The notes beneath the pieces were generated by a model. It was not told the DNA's origin and did not search any database. It saw only the letters and a list, made by a program, of their open reading frames with translations. From an uncultured Gemmataceae bacterium (lineage in GTDB: Bacteria; Planctomycetota; Planctomycetia; Gemmatales; Gemmataceae), in the NCBI GenBank assembly GCA_963750165.1, contig CAVVPN010000011.1, positions 1,952,001 through 2,016,000 on the forward strand: 64,000 nucleotides of DNA, in the 5' to 3' direction. This document shows positions 20,050 to 29,514 of the stretch, one piece after another; within the stretch, counting starts at the first letter, position 1; every line of letters starts with the position of its first letter. The position numbers were made by a program, and so were the translations under genes.

Positions 20050-20157
20050 GTCCGTTATCCGTGGTCCGCTGCAAGGAAAAAGGGTTGGAGCGCTGGGCCA
20101 TTTCCCGGCGCTCCAACCCTTGGTTTTACCACGGACCACGAACAACAGACAACGGAC
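20050..20157. repeat. Nested inverted repeat: outer 7-mer tandem arms and inner 18-bp stem
   Basis: tccgtta tccgtgg tccgctg ... aagggttggagcgctggg / cccggcgctccaaccctt ... cacggac cacgaac aacagac aacggac. Confidence 0.8.
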
Positions 20158-21958
20158 TATTTCCTCTGCTTGCGCAACAACTGAGCGTCGTAGCGCTCCG
20201 CCTCCTCGACGCTGATGAGGCCGTCACCGTCGGCGTCGATGCGGTTGAACTGCGCACGCGTGCCCAGGAAGTTGCGGAAGGACACGTCGCCGATGCTGTT
20301 GCGGTCCATCTTCTGGAACCACACCGGGCCGCGCACCGTCTTCGGCGGCGGCGGGCTGGCCCGGCCGCCGAGACCCGCCACGACCACGCGGAAGCCGCGG
20401 CTGTTCGGCGAACCGCGCACCACCGTCAGGTGGAACTGCCGCGTGATCTCATCCGGGCTGAGGACGCCGTCGCCGTTTTTGTCCAGCGGCGCCAGCCGCT
20501 CCCAGGCCGTGCGCAGTTCGCGGATCGACAGCCGGCCGTCGCGGTTCACGTCCAGCAGCTGGAACAGCGCCCGCCCGTGGTCCTCCACCGCCAGCGTGGC
20601 GCAGCAGTCGGCGGCGCCCGACTCCAGTTGGGCGTAGGCGTCCACCTCCTGTTTCGTCAGTTTACCGTTGCCGTCGCGGTCCAGCAGCGGGAACTGCTGC
20701 TTCAGGAACTGGCCGGGCGCCCCGGTCGTCCCGTCCAGGTCCTTCAACTCGATGTAGCCCTTGTCAGGTTTGCGTAGGATCCGGAACAGCTGCTGAACCT
20801 GCGCCCGCTGCGGCGCCAGGATGATCTGGGAGCCATTGTCCTGCATTGGGGCGCGGCCGAGGCTTAGCTGAGCGTCGGCCACGGTCAGGCTCAGCACACC
20901 GTTGGCCTCCTTCGTCACCGCCGCGGCCAGCGCCGGCTGCTTGCCCTTGGGCAGCACCAGTTCCGCGGGCAACTCGCCCTTGCGGGCCCCGCCGGCGCGG
21001 AGGGTGAACTCCAGGTCCGGCGCCCGCTTTATCCACGCTCGCAGCTCGTCCAGGTCCACCTGGCCGTCCTGGTTGATGTCCAGCTGGGCGAAGCCGCCTG
21101 GCCCCAGGTCGATGTCCTTCGGGGTGATGTGGTCCATCCCGGGCCGGCGGTAGTGCTTGAACAGCAGCGCCGCCAAGCTGTCCGCGGTGTCGCGCGCCGT
21201 CACCAGGTGGAACGGCACCTTGCCGAGGAGCAGCCGCGGCTGCGGTTGCTGGATCAGTTGCAGTCCCCCGCCGCCAGCCATCACCGGCTGCCCCTGCGCC
21301 GCAGCAGTTCGCCCGTGCTGACCGTCTCGTCGTCATCCAGGTCGAACTGCTTCAGCAGCGCGTCGGCGGCGGCGAAGCTTTTTTCCTTCGTGCCCAGCGC
21401 CGCCTTCGTCAACTTCATGTGCTCGAACAGGGCCTGGCTGACGCGGGCGGAGGTGGTCTGCTGCACGGGCACGTCCGCCAGACGCAGCGCGACGAAGCCG
21501 GCGCGCTCGAAGTGCCCGGCCAGTTCGGCCAGGCTGACCTTGCCGTCCTTGTTGGTGTCCAGTTGCACCAACGTTGGCGCCGGTACGGGGCGGCCGCTCG
21601 AGAAGAAACCCTGCTGCGTCATCTGCTGCAGCGCCTGGACCGATGGCACCAGTTTGGCTTCCGCGGCGTTGAGGAAGCCGTCGCCGTCGCGGTCGAGGTA
21701 GTCGAACCACTGCTTGACGTAAGCGTTACGGTAGGCCAGCGCTGACTTGCCGTCGATGGTTACGTGCAACCGCAGCAGCAGCGGCCGGCGGCCGCTGAAG
21801 AAGACCACATCGATGGCGTCCTGGTTGACGCCGGTCGTGCTTTGCTGGACGGCCGGGGGTGCGATCTGTACCTGCACCTGGCCGCCCGCCGTGGCGGTGG
21901 TTGCCGCCACGGCGGACAGGCAGAGCAGCAGGCCGCACGCGAGTGTGCGGCGTTTCAT
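20157..21958 (-). CDS. Secreted multi-EF-hand protein, one gene split by a frameshift near 21300
   Basis: Signal peptide MKRRTLACGLLLCL; many DxNxDG loops (DRDGDG, DTNKDG, DINQDG, DVNRDG, DKNGDG, DADGDG) across ORFs 21281..22315 and 20157..21284. Confidence 0.85.
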
Positions 21959-23316
21959 CCGAGCACCTCCCGGATCGGCATGGCGCCGCGATCCACGACC
22001 GGAATCGGCCGGCCGACATTGGACATGTTCATCAGGTCGGGGTTGACGCCGAGGGTGCGGCAGACGGTGAACAGCAGGTCCTTGACCTCGGTGGGACGGT
22101 CGGCCTGGACGGTCATGCCGTCGGGGCTGGTGCGGCCGACGGCCTGGCCGCCGCGGATGCCGCCGCCGGCGAGCACCACCGACCAGGCGTTCGGGAAGTG
22201 GTCGCGGCCTTGCTGGCCGTTGATGCGCGGCGTGCGGCCGAACTCGCCCATCCAGACGATCAGCGTATCGTTGAGCATGCCGCGCGCCCGCAGGTCCTCC
22301 ATCAGCGTACCCCACGCCGGGTCGAGGATTTCACTCAGGGCGCGCACGGCGTTGAAGTTCTGCTGGTGCGTATCCCAGCCAAGGTTGTTGCCCTGGAAGC
22401 TGCCCAGGTTGACCTCGACGAAGGTCACGCCGCGTTCCACCAGGCGACGGGCCAGCAGACAGCCCTGGCCGAACTGGTTGCGACCGTAAGCGTCACGGGT
22501 GCGGGCCGGCTCCTCATCGAGGTTGAAGGCGGTCTGGGCGCTGGTGCGCATCAGGCGGACGGCCCGGTCGATGGCGGTCATGTGGCTCTGCGGCGACAGG
22601 CCGGGCCGCTGGGCCGCGAAGTCGCGTTCCATCTGCTGCAACAGTTCGATGCGGGCGTTGGCCTGCGCGTTGGTGATCTCCGCGGGGGGCGTCAGGTCCT
22701 GGACGCGCAGCGTCCGTTCGTAATTGTTCTGGCCGTTCACGTTCTGAACGAACGGGTTGTTGTTGTCGGCGACCAGCAGCGGGGCGTACTGCGGCCCCAG
22801 GAAGCCGGGGCCGAACGCCGCTGCGTTGAACACGCGGTACGGCGCGATGCTGACGAAGTTCGGCAGCGGCGCGTCCTCGGCGCCCAGTTCCTTCGACAGA
22901 TACGAACCCATCGTCGGATACTGGATGGGGCCGGTCGGCAGGTAGCCGGTGCGCATCAGGAAGGTGCCGCGGCCGTGGTCGCCTTCACGGGTGCTCATGC
23001 TGCGGATGATGGCCATGTCGTGCATGTTGCGGGCGAGCTTCGGCAGGTGCTCGCTGATGCGGACACCGGGCACGCTGGTCGGAATCTCGCGGAACGGGCC
23101 GCCGTTGGCATGGCCGGGCTTGAGGTCAAAGGTGTCCATCTGGCTGGGGCCGCCGTTCATCCACAACAGGATGCAGGCCTTGTGGCGGCGCGGCGGCTGC
23201 ACGGCGGCCTGGGCGGCGACGCGCTCGATCCAGCCGGACGACGAGTACGCCGCCACACCGGCGGCGCTCAGTGTCAGCAACTCACGACGGGTCAAACGCA
23301 GGGTGGAACGCGCCAT
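21955..23316 (-). CDS. DUF1501 domain protein (Tat-exported)
   Basis: TRRELL Tat motif, LWMNGGPSQMDTFDLKP, LLARRLVERGV, WDTH, GEFGRTP, RDH. Confidence 0.93.
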   Translation of the reverse strand: MARSTLRLTRRELLTLSAAGVAAYSSSGWIERVAAQAAVQPPRRHKACILLWMNGGPSQMDTFDLKPGHANGGPFREIPTSVPGVRISEHLPKLARNMHDMAIIRSMSTREGDHGRGTFLMRTGYLPTGPIQYPTMGSYLSKELGAEDAPLPNFVSIAPYRVFNAAAFGPGFLGPQYAPLLVADNNNPFVQNVNGQNNYERTLRVQDLTPPAEITNAQANARIELLQQMERDFAAQRPGLSPQSHMTAIDRAVRLMRTSAQTAFNLDEEPARTRDAYGRNQFGQGCLLARRLVERGVTFVEVNLGSFQGNNLGWDTHQQNFNAVRALSEILDPAWGTLMEDLRARGMLNDTLIVWMGEFGRTPRINGQQGRDHFPNAWSVVLAGGGIRGGQAVGRTSPDGMTVQADRPTEVKDLLFTVCRTLGVNPDLMNMSNVGRPIPVVDRGAMPIREVLG

Positions 23317-23400
23317 CGTATCGAGTCCTCGCTTTGGAGACGACACGCGCCGGGCTTCGGTCGCGCGCCGTCGTGGGTCAGGGGAAAAGGGTCGCATTTG

Positions 23401-23427
23401 TTCTTCCGCCGCTTGCGGCAGAAAGAA
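23401..23427. repeat. GCCGCTTGCGGC palindromic repeat (family B)
   Basis: ttcttccgccgcttgcggcagaaagaa. Confidence 0.75.
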
Positions 23428-23431
23428 GACA

Positions 23432-25096
23432 TCAATGGTTCAACCGAAACTCCGAGCTATTGAGCAGCGCCCAGAACACGTCAGCCAGGGCCGCTCGTGG
23501 ATCATTGGTGGTGCCGCCATTGCGGACGTAGGAGGTCAGCTGCTCCGCCTCCTCCGACCGCGGCCGACGGCTGAGCGCGGCCAGGAACAGCGCCTCCACC
23601 TTCTCGGCGTCGCTCAGGAAGAGGGCGTCGGTGATGGCCGCCAGGGTGTTGCTGCGCTCCAGGTGGGTCGCCTCGGAGATGAAGCGGCCGTTCATCAGCG
23701 TCAGCGCCTGCAGGATGGAGGTCTGCGTTTCGGTGCGCTTCTCAGTGCTGGCGAAGCGCGCCAGGAACTCCGCCCGCGCGTTGTTGCCACCGAAGACCTG
23801 CCGCGCCTGATTGTTGCCCCGTTCGCGGTAGCCGGTCGCTTCCACCAGGCTGTCGAACAGCTGCTCCGGCGTCAGGCCGCGCAGGGCCATGCGGCCGAAC
23901 AGCCGCGGATTGTCCTGGCTCTTGTGCGTCCGGGCGCTGGTGCGCTGGTACGTCTTGCTGGCGGTGATCGCCCGGATCAGATACTTCACATCGAACTCGT
24001 GGGCCACGAACTGCCGCGACAACTCCTGCAACAGCTTGGGATGGCTGATCGGGTTCTCGTCGGTCGGCTCGTCGTCCACCGGGTCGTTGATGCCGACGCC
24101 GAGGAAGTGCGCCCAGAGGCGGTTGGCTCCAGTTCGGCTGAAGTACGGGTTCTTCGGGCTGGACACCCAGTCGGCCAGGGTGACGCGCGAATCCACCTTG
24201 TCCTGCCATGTGGGCGCGCTTTTATCCAGGTAGCGCGCCTCGACGACCTTGCCGTCCTCACCGGGCATCCTGAGCGTACGCGGGAACCGATCGATTTGCG
24301 GCTGCTGGACGAGGCGGCCGTTAACGATGCGGCGGCCGTTGTTGCGCTGGGCGCCGGCGAAGAAGGCGGCGAATTCCCAGAACTGCTTCTTCTTCCAGTC
24401 GGTGAATGGGTGGTCGTGACACTGGGCGCACTCCAGGCGGACGCCCAGGAAGGTGCGGGAGGTGGCGCCGGCCAGGTTTTCGGGCTTGAACTCGTTGGCC
24501 TGCACGAACGCCAGCGGCGAGCCGTTGCCGCCGGGTTGCAGGAGTTGCACCGGACGGAGGTTGTTCGCGTTGTTGAGGCCAACGCCCGCGGTGATTAGCG
24601 ACCGCACCATCTGGTCATAAGGCACGTTGCCGCGCACCTGAGATTCCAGCCAGGGCCGGAGTTGCGCCGCGGCGGCGGCTTGCTGCTGGTTGCCGCCGGG
24701 CGGGATGATGATGTTGGTCCAGACGGCGCCGAAATACTTGACGTGATACGGGCTTTCCAGCAGCCGGTCCACGACGCGGCGGCGGCGGTTGGGCGCCTTG
24801 TCGTCGAGGAAGTCGCGCACCTCGCTGACCTTGGGGATACGGCCGATCAGGTCGAGGTAGACGCGGCGCAGGAACTCGGCGTCGTCGGCCAGAGGAGCCG
24901 GGGTGACACCCTTTTCGGTGTAGCGCTCGGCGACGAACTGGTCAATGCGGTTCGCCAGGGCCGCTTCGTCGAGCACGGCGCTGCCTGCCCTGGCGGCAGC
25001 GACGGCCATCACGGGCACCGTGGCCGAGCCGGTCTGCGCCGCCAGCAATAGGCAGCAGACGCTCAGGCCCGGGATCCAGCGACGTGGTTGATGCAT
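23432..25096 (-). CDS. DUF1549/DUF1553 (PSD1/PSD2-type) planctomycete protein
   Basis: FLRRVYLDLIGRIP, ECAQCHDHP, NPYFSR...NRLWAHFLGVG, LQALTLMN, WALLNSSEFRLNH. Confidence 0.93.
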   Translation of the reverse strand: MHQPRRWIPGLSVCCLLLAAQTGSATVPVMAVAAARAGSAVLDEAALANRIDQFVAERYTEKGVTPAPLADDAEFLRRVYLDLIGRIPKVSEVRDFLDDKAPNRRRRVVDRLLESPYHVKYFGAVWTNIIIPPGGNQQQAAAAAQLRPWLESQVRGNVPYDQMVRSLITAGVGLNNANNLRPVQLLQPGGNGSPLAFVQANEFKPENLAGATSRTFLGVRLECAQCHDHPFTDWKKKQFWEFAAFFAGAQRNNGRRIVNGRLVQQPQIDRFPRTLRMPGEDGKVVEARYLDKSAPTWQDKVDSRVTLADWVSSPKNPYFSRTGANRLWAHFLGVGINDPVDDEPTDENPISHPKLLQELSRQFVAHEFDVKYLIRAITASKTYQRTSARTHKSQDNPRLFGRMALRGLTPEQLFDSLVEATGYRERGNNQARQVFGGNNARAEFLARFASTEKRTETQTSILQALTLMNGRFISEATHLERSNTLAAITDALFLSDAEKVEALFLAALSRRPRSEEAEQLTSYVRNGGTTNDPRAALADVFWALLNSSEFRLNH

Positions 25097-25456
25097 GACG
25101 CCCCCCTTCCAACGGGTTCCTTGGGACGCTGATTTTGCTGAGGCGCGATCGCGGAAGCGGGGTTCAGAATGGCAGCCCCCGACCTCCGTGTGTGCCGTCC
25201 TGCCATATAAAACTGTCACGGATAGAAATTCTAACAGGGCCGGCGCCTTTGGAGCAAACCCAATCCTCCGTATGGATGGCATTTACAGGACCGATCCTTC
25301 CCTGGCAACGGGCGGAAGGCGTAGGGTTTTTGCCGGTGGTAGCGGCGCCTGGCCGCGGTTTTTTCGCAGCCGGGACGCCTGCTGCCTTGCACGGTTGGCG
25401 TTCGTGGGAAAAGGTTAGGTGTCGTTTAATCTGTCCGTCACGAGGAGGATGCCGTG

Positions 25457-26245
25457 ATGCTTCGCCGCCTGTTGCTGGGATGCGTGGTGCTGGGCGTTTG
25501 CCCCCTGTGGGCCGCTGCGGCCCAGGCCGACGAGCCCAAGCGTTTTTCCCTGCCGCCCACCACGCCCGTGGCGGCCTTCGACAACCAGACCTTTGCCAAT
25601 CAGATCGCCCAGCACCTGCGCCAAAGCGGGCTGCTCCGCTACTACCTCATCAACGTCTCGGTCCAGGGCGGCGACGTGACCCTGCAGGGTCATGTCGCCG
25701 ACCAGTTCCAGCACGACGCGGCGCTGCGCCTGGTGCAGCGCCTGCCGGGCGTGCAGCGCGTCGTTGATCGGGTGGCGGTGCGCGGCAGCGTGACGCCGGC
25801 GGCCGTCACCCAGGCGCCGTTCAACGAACCCGCCCCGCTGCCCCGAGGGCCCGCGCCGGTCGCGCAGCCGCTGCCCGGCTTGCAGCCACTGCCCGGCTTG
25901 CAGCCACTGCCCGGAGTGCCGCCGACGCCCGTACCGGGGCCGCAGGCGAAAGTGCCCGAGCCGACTCCGATCTTCCAGGCCCCGCCAAGCGGCTCGCCGC
26001 TCGCCCTGCAACCGCCGCCGCTGCCGCCCAACGCCTGGCCCACTTACGCCCCGTACAACAACTACTCGCGCGTCGCCTATCCGACGCTGTACACGCCCAA
26101 CGCCTGGCCGTTCGTCGGTCCCCTGTACCCCTTCCCAAAGGTGCCGCCCGGCTGGCGCAGCGTCCACCTGAATTACTATGACGGCTGCTGGTGGTACGGC
26201 CGGCACGCCACCGGCTATGACTGGTGGCGCATCCGCTACTATTGA
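25457..26245 (+). CDS. Secreted BON-domain protein with Pro-rich linker and aromatic C-terminal domain
   Basis: GAGGAGG RBS; signal peptide; INVSVQGGDVTLQGHV...LPGVQRVVDRV; (QPLPGL)x3. Confidence 0.85.
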   Translation: MLRRLLLGCVVLGVCPLWAAAAQADEPKRFSLPPTTPVAAFDNQTFANQIAQHLRQSGLLRYYLINVSVQGGDVTLQGHVADQFQHDAALRLVQRLPGVQRVVDRVAVRGSVTPAAVTQAPFNEPAPLPRGPAPVAQPLPGLQPLPGLQPLPGVPPTPVPGPQAKVPEPTPIFQAPPSGSPLALQPPPLPPNAWPTYAPYNNYSRVAYPTLYTPNAWPFVGPLYPFPKVPPGWRSVHLNYYDGCWWYGRHATGYDWWRIRYY

Positions 26246-26315
26246 GATCCCTTGGACGCCGCTTGGATCCCTGCTGCTTGCGACGGGGGTCCGAGCGGCG
26301 GGGCCGCCACCAACA

Positions 26316-26954
26316 TCAGGGTAGCACCCCCAGTTCGCGCACCCGGTCATCCGCGATGCCCAGGCAGCGGAATCCGCGCCAGGCCGGCTGGCGCAGCACG
26401 TTGACGCCGGCCGCCTCCGCGCTGAAGGCTGGCAGCACCAACCGCGTCGCGCTGAGCAAATAACAGGGCCACGCCCACCGCCCGTGCCGCACCGCCGGGT
26501 GGACGTGCCCGTGCAGCACCGGGGTCGAGGGCAACTCGCCGTCGCCGTGCAGCACTCGCCAACCGCCCAGGTCCACCCCCGCTTCGCACACCGACAGGCC
26601 CGCGTCCCGCAGTCCCCGCTTGCGGTCGTGGTTCCCCGGAACCAGTTCCAGCACCAGCCCCTGTTGGTCCAGCCAGCGGAGCAGTTCCTCCAGCAACTCG
26701 GGCCGGCAGCCCTCTTCAAACAGGTCGCCCGCCACGACCACGCGCCGCAGGCACTCCGCCGCCTTCACCGCCGCCAGCGGTCGCAGCGCCTCCTCCACGC
26801 CGGACAGCGGGATGGCGTCGCCGCGTTGCCGCCGTGCTGCTGCGTAGCCGAGGTGTACGTCGGCGATCACGGCCGTGGCGGTCGGCCGGTGAACCGCCAC
26901 CCGCTGCGGCGTCAGCATCCAGTCGCCGAGGAGCATGACCGTCCCTTTCGTCAC
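26316..26954 (-). CDS. Lhr-associated metallophosphoesterase (PdeM/MPE-like)
   Basis: ADVHLG, GDLFE, GNHD, LHG, GHVHP, LPAFS; GTGA overlap with the helicase stop (alternative ATG at 26936). Confidence 0.9.
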   Translation of the reverse strand: MTKGTVMLLGDWMLTPQRVAVHRPTATAVIADVHLGYAAARRQRGDAIPLSGVEEALRPLAAVKAAECLRRVVVAGDLFEEGCRPELLEELLRWLDQQGLVLELVPGNHDRKRGLRDAGLSVCEAGVDLGGWRVLHGDGELPSTPVLHGHVHPAVRHGRWAWPCYLLSATRLVLPAFSAEAAGVNVLRQPAWRGFRCLGIADDRVRELGVLP

Positions 26955-29479
26955 CACGAACCTTCCAGTAACTGCCGCTGTAACTGTGCCAGCACCTCGT
27001 CCGCGCCGGGCGGTGCCAGGTCCGGGCCGTCGTTCTGCGTCAGCGCCAGGGCGAACGGCGACGGCCGCGGCAGCCAGCGCAGCCGCACCGGCCGTCGCGC
27101 TACCTGTTCCAGAAACGCCAGGGCCGCGGCGGCGTCGCAGCAATCTTGTTCCAGTTCGCGCCGCGTCTGCCGCAACAGCACGAATTCCGGGTCGCGCTCG
27201 CGCAGCAGTTCCAGCAAGCGCCGCTGCGTCCACGCTGCGCCGCCAACACGGCGGGCGCGGCCGAGAGGGTTGCGCAGCACCATCAACCCCGTCCGCGCCA
27301 CGCGGTCGAAGCGCTGCCGCAGCAGCTCGCTGTCCGCCAGGGCCGCGTGCAAATCCTCCGTGAACCGCTCCGGACTCAACAGCCGCCGCCAGTGCTCCTC
27401 GTCGGCGGTCCCCGCGTGGAGCGAGAGCGTCAACCCCAGGTCCGCCGGCAGCACCTGCAACTGCCGGCCGCTCAGCCGCCGCGTCAGCACCCAGGCCAGG
27501 GCGTCGTTGGCGGATCGGCTCAGCGGCGTGTGCAGGACGTACTCCGACAATACGCCGTGGTCCACTGCCTCGATCAGCAGCGCCTCGTGGTCGGGAATGG
27601 CGCTGACCAGCTCCTGCTGGGCGAAGAACTCCGCCAGCAGTTCCAGCGCCGCGCCGGCCAGGCCGTAGTCGCGGCGCAGCAGCTGCTCCAGAGTGTCGCC
27701 GCCGTGCCGCAGCGCCTCCGCGGCCTGCTGCCGCAGCAGCCACAGGCGCTCGGCGAGCGTGCGGCTCAGCGGCGAGCCGTCGCTGTGCCACCGGGCCGTC
27801 AGCGGCCGGGCGGTCACCTCGTCCGCCCAGACCGTCTCGCGTTCCAGACGGACGAACTGCAGCGAACGGCCGTCGAGCAGGAAGCGGTCGCCCGGGTTCA
27901 GGCGGTCCACGAACGTCGTCTCCAGGGTGCCAAGTGCCGGGCCGTCGCGCAGCCGGACCACGCAGGTCGGCTCGCCGAGGATGGTGCCCAGGTTGCGCCG
28001 CAGAATGCGTAACGTACGGTCGTCCGCCAGGTGGAAGCGGTCGCCCTCCCAGTGCAGCCGGGCCGGCAGCCAGTCCCGGCCGTCCCGATCACGGCCCGAC
28101 AGGTACTCCAGACAGTCAGCGAAGTCGGCGTCACTCAGGTTGCGGAACGGCCAGGCGCGGCGCACCAGCGCCAGCGCGCGGCCGCGCTCCACGCCCTCGG
28201 CGTGCTGCGCGGCCAGGCTCAGCAGTTGCTGGCAGAGCACGTCGAGCGGCTGTTCGGGGACCAGCAGGGGATCCCACTGAGCCGTTTGCGCCGACGCGGC
28301 GGTGACGGTCGCTTCAAGCAGTTCGGCGGTGGTGCGTGCCAGGACGAGGCCGCGCTTGACGGCCCCGGGCTCGTGGCCGGAGCGACCAATGCGCTGCAAC
28401 AGCCGGGCGACGCCACCGCTGCCGCCGAGGATCACGACCTGATCGACACGCGGCAAATCAACGCCGAGTTCCAGGCTGCCGGTGCAGAAGACCGCCCGCA
28501 GCCGGCCGAGCTTGACCGCTTCCTCGACCGCCCGCCGCCGCGCCGCCGACAGCGAGCCGTGGTGGACGCCGAGCGCCGCGGCCCAGTGCGGCCACAGCCG
28601 TCGTGCCTGGAACAGCAGCCGCTCTGCCACCGCGCGCGACGGCGCGAACACCAGCACGCAACGGTGGCGGTCCAGTTCCGGCTCCAGCCGCCGCAGCGCG
28701 TGCGGCACCAGGCCGAACGCGGAGGCGGCACCGGCCAGCGACTCAACGCGCACCTCCAGCGTGACCTGCGGCGGCACCAGGGCGAGGTCACAACCGCGGC
28801 CGACGCCGACCAGGAAACGGGCCGCCTCGGTCAGCGGCGCACAGGTGGCGCTCAGGCCGACACGCAGCGGCGGCACCGCGGCGATCACGGCCAGGCGCTC
28901 CAGGCTGACGGCGAGATCGACGCCGCGCTTGCCGGCCGCGAGCTGGTGGACCTCATCGACGACGACGGCACGCAGCGGCGCGAACAGGCCCGCGGCGTCG
29001 GGGTGCGACAGCAGCAGCGTCAGGCTCTCGGGCGTGGTCAGCAGCAGGTCCGGCGGCTCGTCCCAGAGGCGGCGGCGCTGGGCGGCAGTGCTGTCGCCGG
29101 AACGCAGGGACACGCGCAACGGCGGTCGGGCGTCGTGGCGCAGGGCGTCGAGTTCGCGCAGGGCCAGGCGCAGGGTGCGCAGCATGTCCTGGCACAGCGC
29201 CCGCAGCGGGGCGACATACAGTGCCTGGACACCGGCGGTGGGCGGGCTGTGCAGCAGGCGGTCGAGGAGCGGGGCGAAGGCGGCAAGCGTTTTGCCGCTG
29301 CCAGTCGGGGCGGACAGCAGGACGTGACGGCCGGCGGCCACGCTCGGCCAGCACAAACGCTGGCCGAGCGTCGGCCCGGCGTGGCGGCCGTGGAACCAGC
29401 GGCGCAGCAGCGGCGACAGGCGGCGCAGCGCCTCGGACGCGGCGGGCGGCTGGGTCAGATAGGTCAGGGCCTCCTGCAC
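26951..29479 (-). CDS. lhr: Lhr-core SF2 DEAH-box helicase
   Basis: APTGSGKT, TTPESL, DEVH, GLSAT, HHGSLS, SLELGVD, QRIGRSGH, PLDVLCQ. Confidence 0.92.
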   Translation of the reverse strand: MQEALTYLTQPPAASEALRRLSPLLRRWFHGRHAGPTLGQRLCWPSVAAGRHVLLSAPTGSGKTLAAFAPLLDRLLHSPPTAGVQALYVAPLRALCQDMLRTLRLALRELDALRHDARPPLRVSLRSGDSTAAQRRRLWDEPPDLLLTTPESLTLLLSHPDAAGLFAPLRAVVVDEVHQLAAGKRGVDLAVSLERLAVIAAVPPLRVGLSATCAPLTEAARFLVGVGRGCDLALVPPQVTLEVRVESLAGAASAFGLVPHALRRLEPELDRHRCVLVFAPSRAVAERLLFQARRLWPHWAAALGVHHGSLSAARRRAVEEAVKLGRLRAVFCTGSLELGVDLPRVDQVVILGGSGGVARLLQRIGRSGHEPGAVKRGLVLARTTAELLEATVTAASAQTAQWDPLLVPEQPLDVLCQQLLSLAAQHAEGVERGRALALVRRAWPFRNLSDADFADCLEYLSGRDRDGRDWLPARLHWEGDRFHLADDRTLRILRRNLGTILGEPTCVVRLRDGPALGTLETTFVDRLNPGDRFLLDGRSLQFVRLERETVWADEVTARPLTARWHSDGSPLSRTLAERLWLLRQQAAEALRHGGDTLEQLLRRDYGLAGAALELLAEFFAQQELVSAIPDHEALLIEAVDHGVLSEYVLHTPLSRSANDALAWVLTRRLSGRQLQVLPADLGLTLSLHAGTADEEHWRRLLSPERFTEDLHAALADSELLRQRFDRVARTGLMVLRNPLGRARRVGGAAWTQRRLLELLRERDPEFVLLRQTRRELEQDCCDAAAALAFLEQVARRPVRLRWLPRPSPFALALTQNDGPDLAPPGADEVLAQLQRQLLEGSW

Positions 29480-29514
29480 AAGCGGACCTTTCCAGGGCGA
29501 AGTCGATGACTCGT

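Noticed and set aside
21281..21284. Two separate EF-hand genes with a GTGA overlap
   Set aside because: The downstream part has no RBS or signal peptide, and a 1-nt repair gives a continuous ...AQGQPVMAGGG...; treated as one gene, though two genes cannot be fully excluded
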